A program made the translations under genes and the position numbers. A DNA stretch of 64,000 bases from a virus (taxonomy: Duplodnaviria > Heunggongvirae > Uroviricota > Caudoviricetes): the IMG/VR virus record IMGVR_UViG_3300016667_000484, positions 1 to 64,000 of that record, one strand, 5' to 3'. Below the pieces are notes generated by a model. The model had not been told where the DNA came from and ran no database searches. It saw only the letters and a list, made by a program, of their open reading frames with translations. Of this stretch, positions 44,618 to 52,797 are shown in pieces; the first letter of the stretch is position 1, and the number at the start of each line of letters is the position of its first letter.

Positions 44618-44995
44618 TTATAGGCTCTTGCCCGCGATGTCTTTCATCGCCATGTCGATCTTGTACACACGCTTCAGAGGAAGAATAGCACAACGAGTGG
44701 TGTCAGTGTACTGCCGAGTCTTGTAGTTGTACGACTTAGAAGGAACACCATCAACACGAACAGCTTTGACGTACTGCTTCATCTCGTGCTTAACGTTACC
44801 CTTTTCGTCTCGAATGTATTGACCATTCTCGTCTTTCAGATAGTGACGACCAATCGAGTAGTAAACGCCAGCGAACTTGCCAGTCCGGACTCGAACACTG
44901 TGACCGTAGCCGGTGCCAACATAGACGACTTCATCACCCGGTTGAATGGTCTGCCCGAGTTCGTTAGTAAATGCTTCTGCGACCAGATCGGCCAT
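44618..44995 (-). CDS. hypothetical protein
   Basis: 125-aa ORF. Confidence 0.5.
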   Translation of the reverse strand: MADLVAEAFTNELGQTIQPGDEVVYVGTGYGHSVRVRTGKFAGVYYSIGRHYLKDENGQYIRDEKGNVKHEMKQYVKAVRVDGVPSKSYNYKTRQYTDTTRCAILPLKRVYKIDMAMKDIAGKSL

Positions 44996-45301
44996 GTGAT
45001 TCTCCGTTGTTCATGATGTATATTCAGGTTGGTTGGTTACTTGTTTGTTGCCTTACCATTTGGCTATCTACGCAAGAAGCGTGGAATCGGATTCGAACCG
45101 ATAATACACAAAGTGTGTAAGTTTGCTGAACCCAACCTATATTCTTTCTGGATCAACTTTTTTGCTACGTGTGCATCTGTTACACCAATGCCCCATAGTG
45201 AAATTGGTGGGGCACCTAGGATTTGCACCTAGACCACGATCTCCGAATGATATGCAATTTTGTTGCTGTAATGATCCAATATTCGTTAGGCTATGCCGCC
45301 G

Positions 45302-46744
45302 TTAGACGGCATAGCGATCCTTAAGCAGAGTCTTCAGCATTACGTTGTAAGGCGTGAACTCTTCGAGGTCGTTCGCAAGGACCGACTTCATGATGGCAGG
45401 CGAGAAGCCCGAGACCAAGCAGACACCCTTGTCGTCGAAACGAACCGGAGTGTTGCTGTCGCCGTAAGGAGACAGGTTCCAGAAGACGATCTTCGGCACA
45501 GCGTAGCCGGCCTTAGCGTACTTCCGAGCAATCATCTCCTGAGCGGAGTCATCGTAGCGAACGCAGGAGTTGAACTGCATGTCCGAGAGGATCAGCAGCA
45601 TCTCCGGCATGTCCTCTTGCGAGACCTTGCCCTTGATTGCGATGTCGAGCAACATGTCGAACGCTGCATGCAGGTTCGTGCTACCCGCGACGATCTCAGG
45701 GATCGACTTCAGACGCTGAGTCAGCGAGCCCTTAGGCGTAACCAACTTCGGAGTCGAGTCGAAGATCATCATGAGGTCCTTGAAGTTGGACGTGTTCTTT
45801 TCAGAAACGTACAGACCCAGACCCAGTGCGACCTCGATAGGCTGAGGAGCACCGTTACCACCACGGTTCATACCGTAACGGTTGAAAGGCATGTAGCCCA
45901 TCGAACCAGAGGTGTCGACGATCGGGAAGATCTTCGCGTTACCGACGAAGTTAGGCAGAGCCTTCCACTGCTCGTCAGCAACAGCCGAGTTACCATTCGT
46001 CACCGAACGGATAACGTCGTACGGATAGACCGCACCAGCGTTGATCTTGACCTTCACGGTACGCTCAGCCTCAGGCTTCTGCAGCTCACGAATGTAAGCC
46101 GAGTAAGCTTCCTTAGCGTTGCGGCCGAAAGCCTTCTGATAGCGAGCCGATGCAACCGAAGGAACATGCGAGAAGTTAATCTCGTTCCAGTTCTTGGCAC
46201 ACATCTGGGTCTCGACGACCGAGGTCAGTTCGACAACCAGCTTACGATAAGACTTTGGCGACAGGCCGAGGAACTTGGTCAGTTCGACTGCGACTGGACC
46301 CTTACGAGGCATCCACTTCGCGCAGAGGCCGTTCTTGTCTTCGATGAGAGCCTTGCGGATCATCTCGAAAGCAGCCTTGCGGTTGAAGTGCTCGGTGTAG
46401 GCGAACAGGTCGTCCCAACGGCCAAGCTCAGGAATGCGAGCCATCAGCTTACCAGCGGTAGCAGGGTTCAACGTTTCCAGCTTCGACAGAAGGTTGCGGA
46501 ATTGAGCACGCTCACCGGCACCTTCGCGAATGTCGCGAGTCCACAGAAGAGCACGCAGTGCGTGCTCTTCGTTTTCGGCCAGAGCCGAGAGGAATTGATC
46601 GGTCATATCCTTACCACGGTAAGAACCGACCTTGCCGAAGAAGTCCAAGACTGCCGATGCCGAAGTAGCACGGGCCTTCATACCATTCGCGGTACGAGCA
46701 GGAGCTTCATTCTTGTAGTTGAGGGCTGCGTTTGCAAAAGACAT
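45302..46744 (-). CDS. vWA-domain protein (DUF2828 / Ro60-TROVE-like architecture)
   Basis: MIDAS motif IVDTSGSMGYMP in the C-terminal half and a long alpha-rich N-terminal half. 480 aa. tRNA-like motifs lie in its 5' leader. Confidence 0.7.
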   Translation of the reverse strand: MSFANAALNYKNEAPARTANGMKARATSASAVLDFFGKVGSYRGKDMTDQFLSALAENEEHALRALLWTRDIREGAGERAQFRNLLSKLETLNPATAGKLMARIPELGRWDDLFAYTEHFNRKAAFEMIRKALIEDKNGLCAKWMPRKGPVAVELTKFLGLSPKSYRKLVVELTSVVETQMCAKNWNEINFSHVPSVASARYQKAFGRNAKEAYSAYIRELQKPEAERTVKVKINAGAVYPYDVIRSVTNGNSAVADEQWKALPNFVGNAKIFPIVDTSGSMGYMPFNRYGMNRGGNGAPQPIEVALGLGLYVSEKNTSNFKDLMMIFDSTPKLVTPKGSLTQRLKSIPEIVAGSTNLHAAFDMLLDIAIKGKVSQEDMPEMLLILSDMQFNSCVRYDDSAQEMIARKYAKAGYAVPKIVFWNLSPYGDSNTPVRFDDKGVCLVSGFSPAIMKSVLANDLEEFTPYNVMLKTLLKDRYAV

Positions 46745-46852
46745 AGTGTATTCCTTTCTGGTTGGATTTACGGATTCGAACCGCTAAGTTTGTTTACAAG
46801 ACAAATTGGGAACCATTCCCGGTTTTTTGTTGCTGAAACCAACCGTTTAGTT

Positions 46853-47329
46853 TCAAGATTTAGATCTACCTTTACGAAAATTTTCTGGAATTGGATCAGT
46901 AGATCTTATTGATTTGGTGATCACACCATCAGTTATCCAGATTCTGCCCGATGATGCTTTATTGCCGATAGTACCTTTAGCAAATGTATTGCCTCTATTG
47001 CCTATCATGTGGCTATTTCCAATCAGATAGGAATAATCGATATTCTTACTGGCGTCTCCACCGTTTACGGCATTCTCCTCTATCAGATTTGCCCATTCAC
47101 TTGAATTGACTATATCATTGTTTTTAGAGAATGTCAAGGCAAAGTCTTTAGCCTCTTCAGTATTTTGATACTCTGCGATAACAACTGTATCTATGTCGTA
47201 CCCATGAACTTTAAGGTGTGCTTTCCAATACTTACCGCTTCCACGATATTTGTATGGATCACGAACAGTCTTGCCAAAATACTTCAGCTTTGTGACGCGA
47301 TGCGTCTTTACGTACAGATAAATAGTCAT
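46853..47329 (-). CDS. GIY-YIG homing endonuclease
   Basis: MTIYLYVKTHRVTKLKYFGKT...YKYRGSG is a paralogue of the 24145 gene. RBS gggag. TATAAATA at 47394-47401. Confidence 0.65.
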   Translation of the reverse strand: MTIYLYVKTHRVTKLKYFGKTVRDPYKYRGSGKYWKAHLKVHGYDIDTVVIAEYQNTEEAKDFALTFSKNNDIVNSSEWANLIEENAVNGGDASKNIDYSYLIGNSHMIGNRGNTFAKGTIGNKASSGRIWITDGVITKSIRSTDPIPENFRKGRSKS

Positions 47330-47393
47330 ATGCTGGAAACTCCCGTATGTTTCTAGAGCTAGCAGACATTGGCGTGTCGTGGCTAGCACTTTC

Positions 47394-47401
47394 TATTTAT
47401 A
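47394..47401 (-). promoter_or_regulatory. TATAAATA late promoter upstream of GIY-YIG gene 46853-47329
   Basis: Exact octamer on the minus strand. Confidence 0.55.
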
Positions 47402-47534
47402 CGAAAGTTTCATCTGGATGACGTTTGTCAGCTACTACAAATTATCAGTTTGTTGCTTGAGTTATTTGCGGAAGTCATCCAATTTTCTTCATAGTCTCAA
47501 TCTATACTAAGTTTGTATAGATGTCAACCACTTT

Positions 47535-48101
47535 TTACCAAAATGACCAAACGAGATAATCACCATCATGTTCGTTTGGATAAGGCAAGTGGTCGTAGTC
47601 TTCGTCCTTGAGAATCTTCTTCTCAAGGCGACGATTGCCAAGGCGAGTGACCTTAGCAGCAGCTTCTTTAAAACCAGTCTTCCAACCAGTTTCGCTCCAG
47701 TGACCGTCACGAGTGAACTTACGGTACTGAGTCTTCAGATCGTCGATCTCTTGTTCAATCGACCAAGGAATATCGACACGATGGTAGCGGCTGACATGAG
47801 GACGATGAATGTATTCGACATACATCGTGCGCTTACGTTCACACCAACTCCAGCCGTACTTCCAAGTATAAGGACGACCGTATTGATCGTACTCAGCCTT
47901 CTTCAGTTTTTCTTGGTATTCATCCCAAGCTACTTTGTATTCAGCTTCGTATTGATCTTCAGGCTTCTTGCGACGCACATACTTAGTGCTATAGTTGTCG
48001 CCTTTGTTCCAGCGACGATAGCGACTAGCGAGTTGACGCTTGATGTAGGTGTCTTCGTTCTCCTCAATGAGATGAAGAGGTTTACGATACGTACGAGACA
48101 T
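47535..48101 (-). CDS. hypothetical Trp/Tyr-rich basic protein
   Basis: 188-aa ORF. Confidence 0.5.
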   Translation of the reverse strand: MSRTYRKPLHLIEENEDTYIKRQLASRYRRWNKGDNYSTKYVRRKKPEDQYEAEYKVAWDEYQEKLKKAEYDQYGRPYTWKYGWSWCERKRTMYVEYIHRPHVSRYHRVDIPWSIEQEIDDLKTQYRKFTRDGHWSETGWKTGFKEAAAKVTRLGNRRLEKKILKDEDYDHLPYPNEHDGDYLVWSFW

Positions 48102-48174
48102 TTAGTTCTCCTTCTAAGGTGAATACCCTAGAAGTCGTCGTAAAACTTTCGATAGTGCATCTCGTGCCCTTTCT

Positions 48175-48366
48175 TTAAGCGGCGTTAAGGCGCCGAACTT
48201 CACCTTCGCGGATGTCTTTCATCGCGCGGAAGTAACCTTTGGTGTTGGCTTTTTCGATTTCGTTGAAGATGATTTTTGCAAGATCTTCAACACCGCAGAG
48301 AACACCGTTGTTGTCGGTGTAGTTCTCAATCATCACAACGATTTCTTCGCGAGTCATGTCGAACAC
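48175..48366 (-). CDS. hypothetical protein
   Basis: 63-aa ORF. Confidence 0.5.
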   Translation of the reverse strand: MFDMTREEIVVMIENYTDNNGVLCGVEDLAKIIFNEIEKANTKGYFRAMKDIREGEVRRLNAA

Positions 48367-48390
48367 CTTTTGTTTTCCGATAAGTAATAT

Positions 48391-48570
48391 CTATACCGAA
48401 TCAATGGTTGTGTCAACCGTTATTTGCTGGTTTTTCCAAAATTTGTTGTAGAAAAACACTTCTGCTGCGTCTTGCTGATAGTACCAGAAACGCTTCTTCT
48501 CTTCACATGGAAGAGAGTCGAACCAGTTCCAGAACGCGAGCTTAAATGTTTTGTCTTTATGAGTAGTCAT
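48391..48570 (-). CDS. hypothetical protein
   Basis: Start at MTTHKD (RBS GGAG), which avoids the overlap with tRNA-Leu that the longer ORF in the track would have. Confidence 0.45.
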   Translation of the reverse strand: MTTHKDKTFKLAFWNWFDSLPCEEKKRFWYYQQDAAEVFFYNKFWKNQQITVDTTIDSV

Positions 48571-48585
48571 AACCACTCCATGATT

Positions 48586-48669
48586 TGGTGTCCTCGGGGA
48601 GATTCGAACTCCCACGGCTTGCGCCACTAGCACCTCAAGCTAGCGTGTCTACCATTCCACCACGAGGAC
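48586..48669 (-). tRNA. tRNA-Leu(GAG), canonical type II
   Basis: Long variable arm. Anticodon stem CUAGC/GCUAG, loop UUGAGGU, A73. Confidence 0.75.
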
Positions 48670-48775
48670 ATGTTCTTTGAGCGACCTAACAGACGATCTG
48701 AATGGGCATCGGCTTACGCCTGAAGGTTCCTGGTTTGTCGCTCGCTACTACGAACCTTTTTTCGCATTATATTTA

Positions 48776-48847
48776 TGGCGCTCCCGGAGGGAATCAAACC
48801 CGTCCGTCATCGGCTTCGAAGGCCTAGTCCGTCTCAGCGGCGGGAGC
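48776..48847 (-). tRNA. tRNA-Arg(TCG)
   Basis: Acceptor GCUCCCG/CGGGAGC, loop CUUCGAA, G73. The T-stem is imperfect. Confidence 0.55.
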
Positions 48848-49495
48848 ATTTATCTTATGCCAAGCAGTCATACCTTTAGTCCATCCGTTAGGTATGGTTT
48901 CTTCGGTCCTGATCTTCTTATTCTCTTGGCCGTTTGTTATCCACATTGTGCCGAATTGTGAATTTGATGAACCCACATTTTTCGACTTCCGCATTTTCTC
49001 TTTGGTCTCTTCGGTATGCTTTCTACCGAGAAACGCCTTTGGATCTATGCGGTTAAGTGTTCCATTTGCTAATCTTTCACTAGCAGATCTGCTTCTTGCG
49101 CCATGCAAGTATTCCGCGAATTCTTGGTCGCTTAATCGTCTCGTGTTGGTGGTGTTGGCACCTTTAACCGAAACACTTCTTCTGTGATCATTCCCGATCA
49201 CAGCCACATTCACGTAACCCCAACCACCTTTACCTCCTGGGCAAAGATTGTAAGTATCTTCTCTTAAGCAGAACTCTTCAGTTACCAACTCGGCTTCTTT
49301 AGTGTTCATGTCGGCTTCATTGTCAAACTGGAAGAGAATCTCTTTCTTGAAGTTCTCGATTCCGTGTTTGGCTTGTGCCCTCTTAAGTTGCTTACCGGAA
49401 CCCATGTAACCATCATTCAAGTCTTTGGTCTGGTGTTTTCCGATGTAGATCTTACCATCAATCAAGTTGGTGATCTTGTAGATTGTGTAGAACAT
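48824..49495 (-). CDS. GIY-YIG homing endonuclease (SegD-like)
   Basis: YKITNLIDGKIYIGKH...GYMGSGK motif. TATAAATA at 49526-49533. Confidence 0.7.
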   Translation of the reverse strand: MFYTIYKITNLIDGKIYIGKHQTKDLNDGYMGSGKQLKRAQAKHGIENFKKEILFQFDNEADMNTKEAELVTEEFCLREDTYNLCPGGKGGWGYVNVAVIGNDHRRSVSVKGANTTNTRRLSDQEFAEYLHGARSRSASERLANGTLNRIDPKAFLGRKHTEETKEKMRKSKNVGSSNSQFGTMWITNGQENKKIRTEETIPNGWTKGMTAWHKINAPAAETD

Positions 49496-49525
49496 GAATC
49501 ATACTCATAGTTTTATTGGCATTAC

Positions 49526-49533
49526 TATTTATA
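49526..49533 (-). promoter_or_regulatory. TATAAATA late promoter upstream of GIY-YIG gene 48824-49495
   Basis: Exact octamer on the minus strand. Confidence 0.55.
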
Positions 49534-49551
49534 CGATCAATGTTCTCTATG

Positions 49552-49625
49552 TGCCGACGGTGGGATTCGAGCCCACAGGACCCACCTTCTGAGGATGGGA
49601 TGTCTTCCAGTTGCATCACGTCGGC
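49552..49625 (-). tRNA. class-I tRNA with leucine anticodon CAG
   Basis: Acceptor GCCGACG/CGUCGGC, A73, D-stem GAUG/CAUC, anticodon stem CCAUC/GGUGG, loop CUCAGAA, short variable loop. CCA not encoded. Confidence 0.6.
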
Positions 49626-49626
49626 A

Positions 49627-49703
49627 TGGTGTCCCTGAGAGGATTCGAACCTCCAACTTCGTGTTACTCAAACACGAGGCTCTACCAATTGGCCTACAGG
49701 GAC
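49627..49703 (-). tRNA. class-I tRNA with leucine anticodon GAG
   Basis: Same UAGGCCAAUUGGUAGAG D region as the 42135 and 42500 tRNAs. Anticodon stem CGUGU/ACACG, loop UUGAGUA, A73. Confidence 0.6.
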
Positions 49704-49708
49704 GTAAA

Positions 49709-49790
49709 TGGAGCCCTAGACAGGATTCGAACCTGCATCTTCCATCCAGTTACCTTACTCCTGTTTCGTAGACAGGGTGGATACTAGGGC
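49709..49790 (-). tRNA. aberrant tRNA-like gene with Arg(ACG)-type anticodon hairpin and a 20-nt insertion
   Basis: Perfect acceptor GCCCUAG/CUAGGGC and a good T-arm. The hairpin CCUGU-CUACGAA-ACAGG is followed by about 22 extra nt. There is no normal D-arm. Confidence 0.4.
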
Positions 49791-50128
49791 AAATATAGAC
49801 CTTCAGTGTGGTCGTCGACGATGTATTCAGGCATGTCGTCGATCCAAACATCGATTTTGATCTTGTGTACGTGCCACATGAAGTGGCGTTTGGGGCGTAG
49901 ACCTGTTCCAAAGCAATTCTCTGGACCAATGATCTGGCCGATAGTGCGTTTTGGATCGTCCATGTGTTGAGTGCCACGAGCAGATACGCAGTAGACTTGA
50001 TGTCCACGAGCGATCGCATCAGCGGCGAATCGATCCCACAGTTTTGGATCTTTGGTGTAGGTGTCGTCGAAGTCAATAGAGATCTTCATCTTGTTCTCCT
50101 CTACACCATCATAATCTAACTGTTCCAC
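49784..50128 (-). CDS. HAD-superfamily phosphatase-like small protein
   Basis: ISIDFDDTYT (motif I DxDxT), VYCVSARG (motif II) and KIDVWIDD (motif IV). Confidence 0.45.
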   Translation of the reverse strand: MEQLDYDGVEENKMKISIDFDDTYTKDPKLWDRFAADAIARGHQVYCVSARGTQHMDDPKRTIGQIIGPENCFGTGLRPKRHFMWHVHKIKIDVWIDDMPEYIVDDHTEGLYLP

Positions 50129-50143
50129 ATGTCAACTACTAAA

Positions 50144-50217
50144 TGGTGCTCCTAGAAAGAATCGAACTTTCTTCTCACCCGTACCAAGGGCGTGTAATAC
50201 CAGTATACTATAGGAGC
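50144..50217 (-). tRNA. tRNA-Thr(GGT)
   Basis: Anticodon stem CGCCC/GGGUG, loop UUGGUAC, A73. Confidence 0.75.
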
Positions 50218-50222
50218 GTTGT

Positions 50223-50296
50223 TGGTGTTCCCAGGAAGAATCGAACTTCCGCCTTCTCCATGTCACGGAGGTGAGCTACCATTACACCATGGGAAC
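50223..50296 (-). tRNA. tRNA-Val(GAC)
   Basis: Loop GUGACAU, A73. Confidence 0.6.
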
Positions 50297-50328
50297 ATAA
50301 ATACTTATACATCACAAGGAGGAGTCAC

Positions 50329-50688
50329 ATGCGTAAGCTACTCTTTGTCCTTTTAGTTATGTGTACGCCAGCTTCGGCTGACATCCGTGAGTGGGACACA
50401 GAAACTAAAATCCAGTTCGGCATATCAACAGCGTTGATAGTGTCTGACTTCATCACCACACGATATGCGATGCATCATACCGATCTGGTAGAAGCTAATC
50501 CAATCTTAGGCAAATACCCTTCAGACGCTGAACTCGCGGCGTTTACCGCCTTAAGCATCTATGGCAACTACGTAGCGTATGACCGTCTCAACGAGAAGCA
50601 AAGAGTTTGGTACTTCATCGGAAGCAGTCTTATACGTGGATGGGTAGTCAACCACAACATCAATCTTGGAGCACAGCTTAAGTTTTGA
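50329..50688 (+). CDS. secreted protein (signal peptide)
   Basis: RBS aaggagg. N-terminal MRKLLFVLLVMCTPASA. It is on the plus strand inside the minus-strand tRNA island. Confidence 0.55.
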   Translation: MRKLLFVLLVMCTPASADIREWDTETKIQFGISTALIVSDFITTRYAMHHTDLVEANPILGKYPSDAELAAFTALSIYGNYVAYDRLNEKQRVWYFIGSSLIRGWVVNHNINLGAQLKF

Positions 50689-50690
50689 AT

Positions 50691-50767
50691 TGGTCCCGCG
50701 TACGAGTTTCGAACTCGTTTCTCCGGCTTGAGAGGCCGGCGACCATCGCCAAGTAGTCCTACGCGAG
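50691..50767 (-). tRNA. tRNA-Glu(CTC)
   Basis: Anticodon stem CCGGC/GCCGG, loop CUCUCAA, T-loop UUCGAAA. Confidence 0.7.
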
Positions 50768-50768
50768 T

Positions 50769-50844
50769 TGGTGCTTCTGTGAGGAGTCGAACCTCATCAT
50801 CGACGGTTATCGGCCGTCTGCCTTTCCGATAGACAGTCAGAAGC
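50769..50844 (-). tRNA. tRNA-Ile(GAT) variant with C32-C33
   Basis: Standard 76-nt numbering fits. Stem GACGG/CCGUC. The loop CCGAUAA has C where the near-universal U33 should be. Confidence 0.55.
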
Positions 50845-50849
50845 GTTAT

Positions 50850-50926
50850 TGGTCCCCCAGAAGGGTTTCGAACCCTCTTCTCCGACTTGAAAGGCCGGCG
50901 ACCATCGCCAAGTAGTCCTCTGGGAG
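50850..50926 (-). tRNA. tRNA-Glu(TTC)
   Basis: Paralogue of the 50691 tRNA, with loop CUUUCAA. Confidence 0.7.
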
Positions 50927-50986
50927 TGATGAATTTCAGGGGCATGATTGCTTTGAAATGCCGAAGCCCAGCGGCATTGGGGTTAT

Positions 50987-51070
50987 TGGTGGGTTACCTT
51001 GGAATCGAACCAAGCGTGCTTTTCAGCGACGGATTTACAGTCCGCTGCCTCACCTTGAGGCGTGTAACCC
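50987..51070 (-). tRNA. tRNA-Tyr(GTA)
   Basis: Type II. Anticodon stem GCGGA/UCCGU, loop CUGUAAA, A73. Confidence 0.75.
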
Positions 51071-51075
51071 AATCT

Positions 51076-51150
51076 TGGTGGTGCTGGGTGGAATTGAACC
51101 ACCGACATAGGGTTTATGAGACCCCTGTTCTACCCCTGAACTACAGCACC
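51076..51150 (-). tRNA. tRNA-Met/Ile2(CAT)
   Basis: D-arm GUUC AGGGGUA GAAC, loop CUCAUAA, G1-C72 paired so elongator-type. Confidence 0.7.
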
Positions 51151-51156
51151 GTTATT

Positions 51157-51247
51157 TGGTGGGAGAAGGGTCGAGTTGAACGCCTTGCCTTTGCAGGGAA
51201 TGGTTTACAGCCACCCGATAGGACCGCCTATCCTTATTGCATCTCCC
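51157..51247 (-). tRNA. tRNA-Tyr(GTA)-like, 91 nt, atypical
   Basis: Loop CUGUAAA and long variable arm, but the D region forms a 6-bp hairpin (GGAUAGG-CGGU-CCUAUC) and the T-stem is imperfect. Confidence 0.4.
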
Positions 51248-51248
51248 A

Positions 51249-51322
51249 TGGTGTTCCTACAAGGTAACGATCCTTGGTCTCTCGCTTATCAGGCGAGTGC
51301 TCTACCTTTGAGCTATAGGAAC
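51249..51322 (-). tRNA. tRNA-Ile(GAT)
   Basis: D-arm GCUC AAAGGUA GAGC, anticodon stem CUCGC/GCGAG, loop CUGAUAA, T-loop variant AUCGUUA. Confidence 0.7.
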
Positions 51323-51392
51323 ATGTTAATCTACTTCTACAACAGTCGAAGACGAATGTCAACAACTATTTTCATACTGCTTGGGAGACACG

Positions 51393-51425
51393 TACGGGAA
51401 TCGAACCCGTCGTTCTAAGAAGAGT
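51393..51425 (-). pseudogene. partial duplicate of the tRNA-Cys 3' end (T-arm plus acceptor 3' strand)
   Basis: gggagacacgtacgggaatcgaacccgtcgtt almost repeats gggagacacacacgggaatcgaacccgtttgc at 51427-51458. Confidence 0.6.
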
Positions 51426-51429
51426 AGGG

Positions 51430-51510
51430 AGACACACACGGGAATCGAACCCGTTTGCTTGCGCAGCTTTAGTTTTGCAGACTAACCCCTTACCGGTCGG
51501 GCAGTGTGTC
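51430..51510 (-). tRNA. tRNA-Cys(GCA)
   Basis: Anticodon stem UUAGU/ACUAA, loop CUGCAAA, U73. The acceptor can extend to 10 bp. The variable region is unusually long (about 13 nt). Confidence 0.6.
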
Positions 51511-52116
51511 TCCGTACTTTTCTTTCCACAATTCAATTTCAGTTAGAAGTTGTTCTAGACTAATTGAAGAATTGCGGTTCTTCCTTGCATTATCAGTTTG
51601 TAATACTAGTTGGCAATTTGCCGGATGAGAAATGATTTTAGGATCAACCATAAGTGTAAACCCATCCTTCACCGATAGTCGATGATCACGTGATATACCA
51701 TTCAAGTTATTCCCACGATTTGAAGCAGAATACCAACCATTAGATTCCACTAAGCAAAGATCAAAGTAGTCCGGATAATCATACACATTAAAGATAAACC
51801 TACAGTCTAGCTTATATGCTTGATACGCTTCCATGCCGATTCTACGAAATTCGTCAAAACATTCTTTACAGCAAAACTTCTGTGATTTTGTCTTGAACGT
51901 GGAACCACAGTTAAGGCAATCAACCACATTGTATTCATGTTTTCTGTTGGCATTGCCGATATGCCTATTCGCAATCAATACCGAAGATGAATTTTTCGCA
52001 GAAAGCGATTTCTTTAACCTATCTTCTGGTGACCATGATCTTGAATTTGCACATTTACGCGAGCAATACACTCCGGACTTATCATGGATTGTATTGCACT
52101 TCGGACAAGTTTTCAT
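51490..52116 (-). CDS. HNH endonuclease with N-terminal Zn-finger pairs
   Basis: CPKCN / CSRKC / CLNCG / CCKEC zinc-finger pairs, then ISRDHRLSVKDG...HPANCQLVLQTDNARKN HNH motif. TATAAATA at 52139-52146. Confidence 0.65.
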   Translation of the reverse strand: MKTCPKCNTIHDKSGVYCSRKCANSRSWSPEDRLKKSLSAKNSSSVLIANRHIGNANRKHEYNVVDCLNCGSTFKTKSQKFCCKECFDEFRRIGMEAYQAYKLDCRFIFNVYDYPDYFDLCLVESNGWYSASNRGNNLNGISRDHRLSVKDGFTLMVDPKIISHPANCQLVLQTDNARKNRNSSISLEQLLTEIELWKEKYGDTLPDR

Positions 52117-52138
52117 AATCGAACTCCTCTAATATCTC

Positions 52139-52146
52139 TATTTATA
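52139..52146 (-). promoter_or_regulatory. TATAAATA late promoter upstream of HNH gene 51490-52116
   Basis: Exact octamer on the minus strand, then RBS gaggag. Confidence 0.55.
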
Positions 52147-52161
52147 AGAGTTCAATCTTTA

Positions 52162-52237
52162 TGGTGGGTGGTGTTGGTTACGATCCAACCTCTCATGCTT
52201 TTCAGGCACGCGCTTTCACCAGATTAGCTTACCACCC
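52162..52237 (-). tRNA. tRNA-Phe(GAA)
   Basis: Anticodon stem CGUGC/GCAUG, loop CUGAAAA, T-loop variant AUCGUAA, A73. Confidence 0.75.
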
Positions 52238-52304
52238 AAATAAGTGCTAGCCACGGGTTTGCCTGCTAGCAGTAGTAAGAGTCTCTTACCTTCTTACCAC
52301 AATG

Positions 52305-52375
52305 TCAGGATGGCGGGAATCGAACCCACGCCGGAAGCTTCCAAGGCCGCCACGCTACCACTACGCTACATCCTG
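52305..52375 (-). tRNA. tRNA-like gene, anticodon ambiguous (TGG/Pro-like)
   Basis: Good acceptor CAGGAUG/CAUCCUG and T-arm. The anticodon stem is weak. 71 nt. Confidence 0.35.
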
Positions 52376-52454
52376 TTTATGTGTTTGGCTCTACCCCAGT
52401 GCGTGAGGGTGACTTAGCTGCTATTCGCCGTAGCAGTACCGTGAATGTGTTTTG

Positions 52455-52534
52455 CTCGGTCGGCTGGGATCGAACCAGCGCCATATTGGGCTTCCGATTA
52501 ACAGTCGGGCGCATTACCACTCTGCCACGACCGA
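52455..52534 (-). tRNA. tRNA-Asn(GTT), second copy, with long variable region
   Basis: Loop CUGUUAA. The acceptor can extend to 10 bp. The variable region is about 13 nt. Confidence 0.5.
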
Positions 52535-52552
52535 GCAAAACACACTTTTGTT

Positions 52553-52628
52553 TGGCTGTCCCTCGTGGACTCGAACCACGGTTTCCTGTTTCAGAGACAG
52601 GCGTCCTACCGGCATAGACGAAGGGACA
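52553..52628 (-). tRNA. tRNA-Gln(CTG)
   Basis: U1-A72, G73, anticodon stem CCUGU/ACAGG, loop CUCUGAA. Confidence 0.75.
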
Positions 52629-52634
52629 ATATAT

Positions 52635-52709
52635 TGGCTGGGAAGGGTGGATTCGAACCACCGGCCTCCTGATTCAAAGTCAGTTATTCTACCGCTGAAC
52701 TACTTCCCA
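52635..52709 (-). tRNA. tRNA-Gln(TTG)
   Basis: U1-A72, G73, loop CUUUGAA. Confidence 0.75.
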
Positions 52710-52716
52710 ACATCTT

Positions 52717-52791
52717 TGGTCCTGGCGGTTGGTTACGATCCAACTCTACTGAGTCCACAGCTCAGTGTGCTACCATTATCACTACACCAGG
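52717..52791 (-). tRNA. tRNA-His(GTG) with A73 and no templated G-1
   Basis: Anticodon stem CUGAG/CUCAG, loop CUGUGGA. 3' end ...CGCCAGG-A-CCA. The genomic nucleotide at -1 is U, not G. Confidence 0.7.
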
Positions 52792-52797
52792 ATATTT

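Noticed and set aside
45085-45110. Plus- or minus-strand tRNA at the palindromic T-arm-like atcggattcgaaccgat
   Set aside because: No pairing acceptor stem or anticodon arm could be built on either strand. Treated as an orphan T-arm remnant.
45293-46912. 539-aa plus-strand ORF
   Set aside because: Antisense shadow of the vWA gene. Arg/Leu-rich from GC skew.
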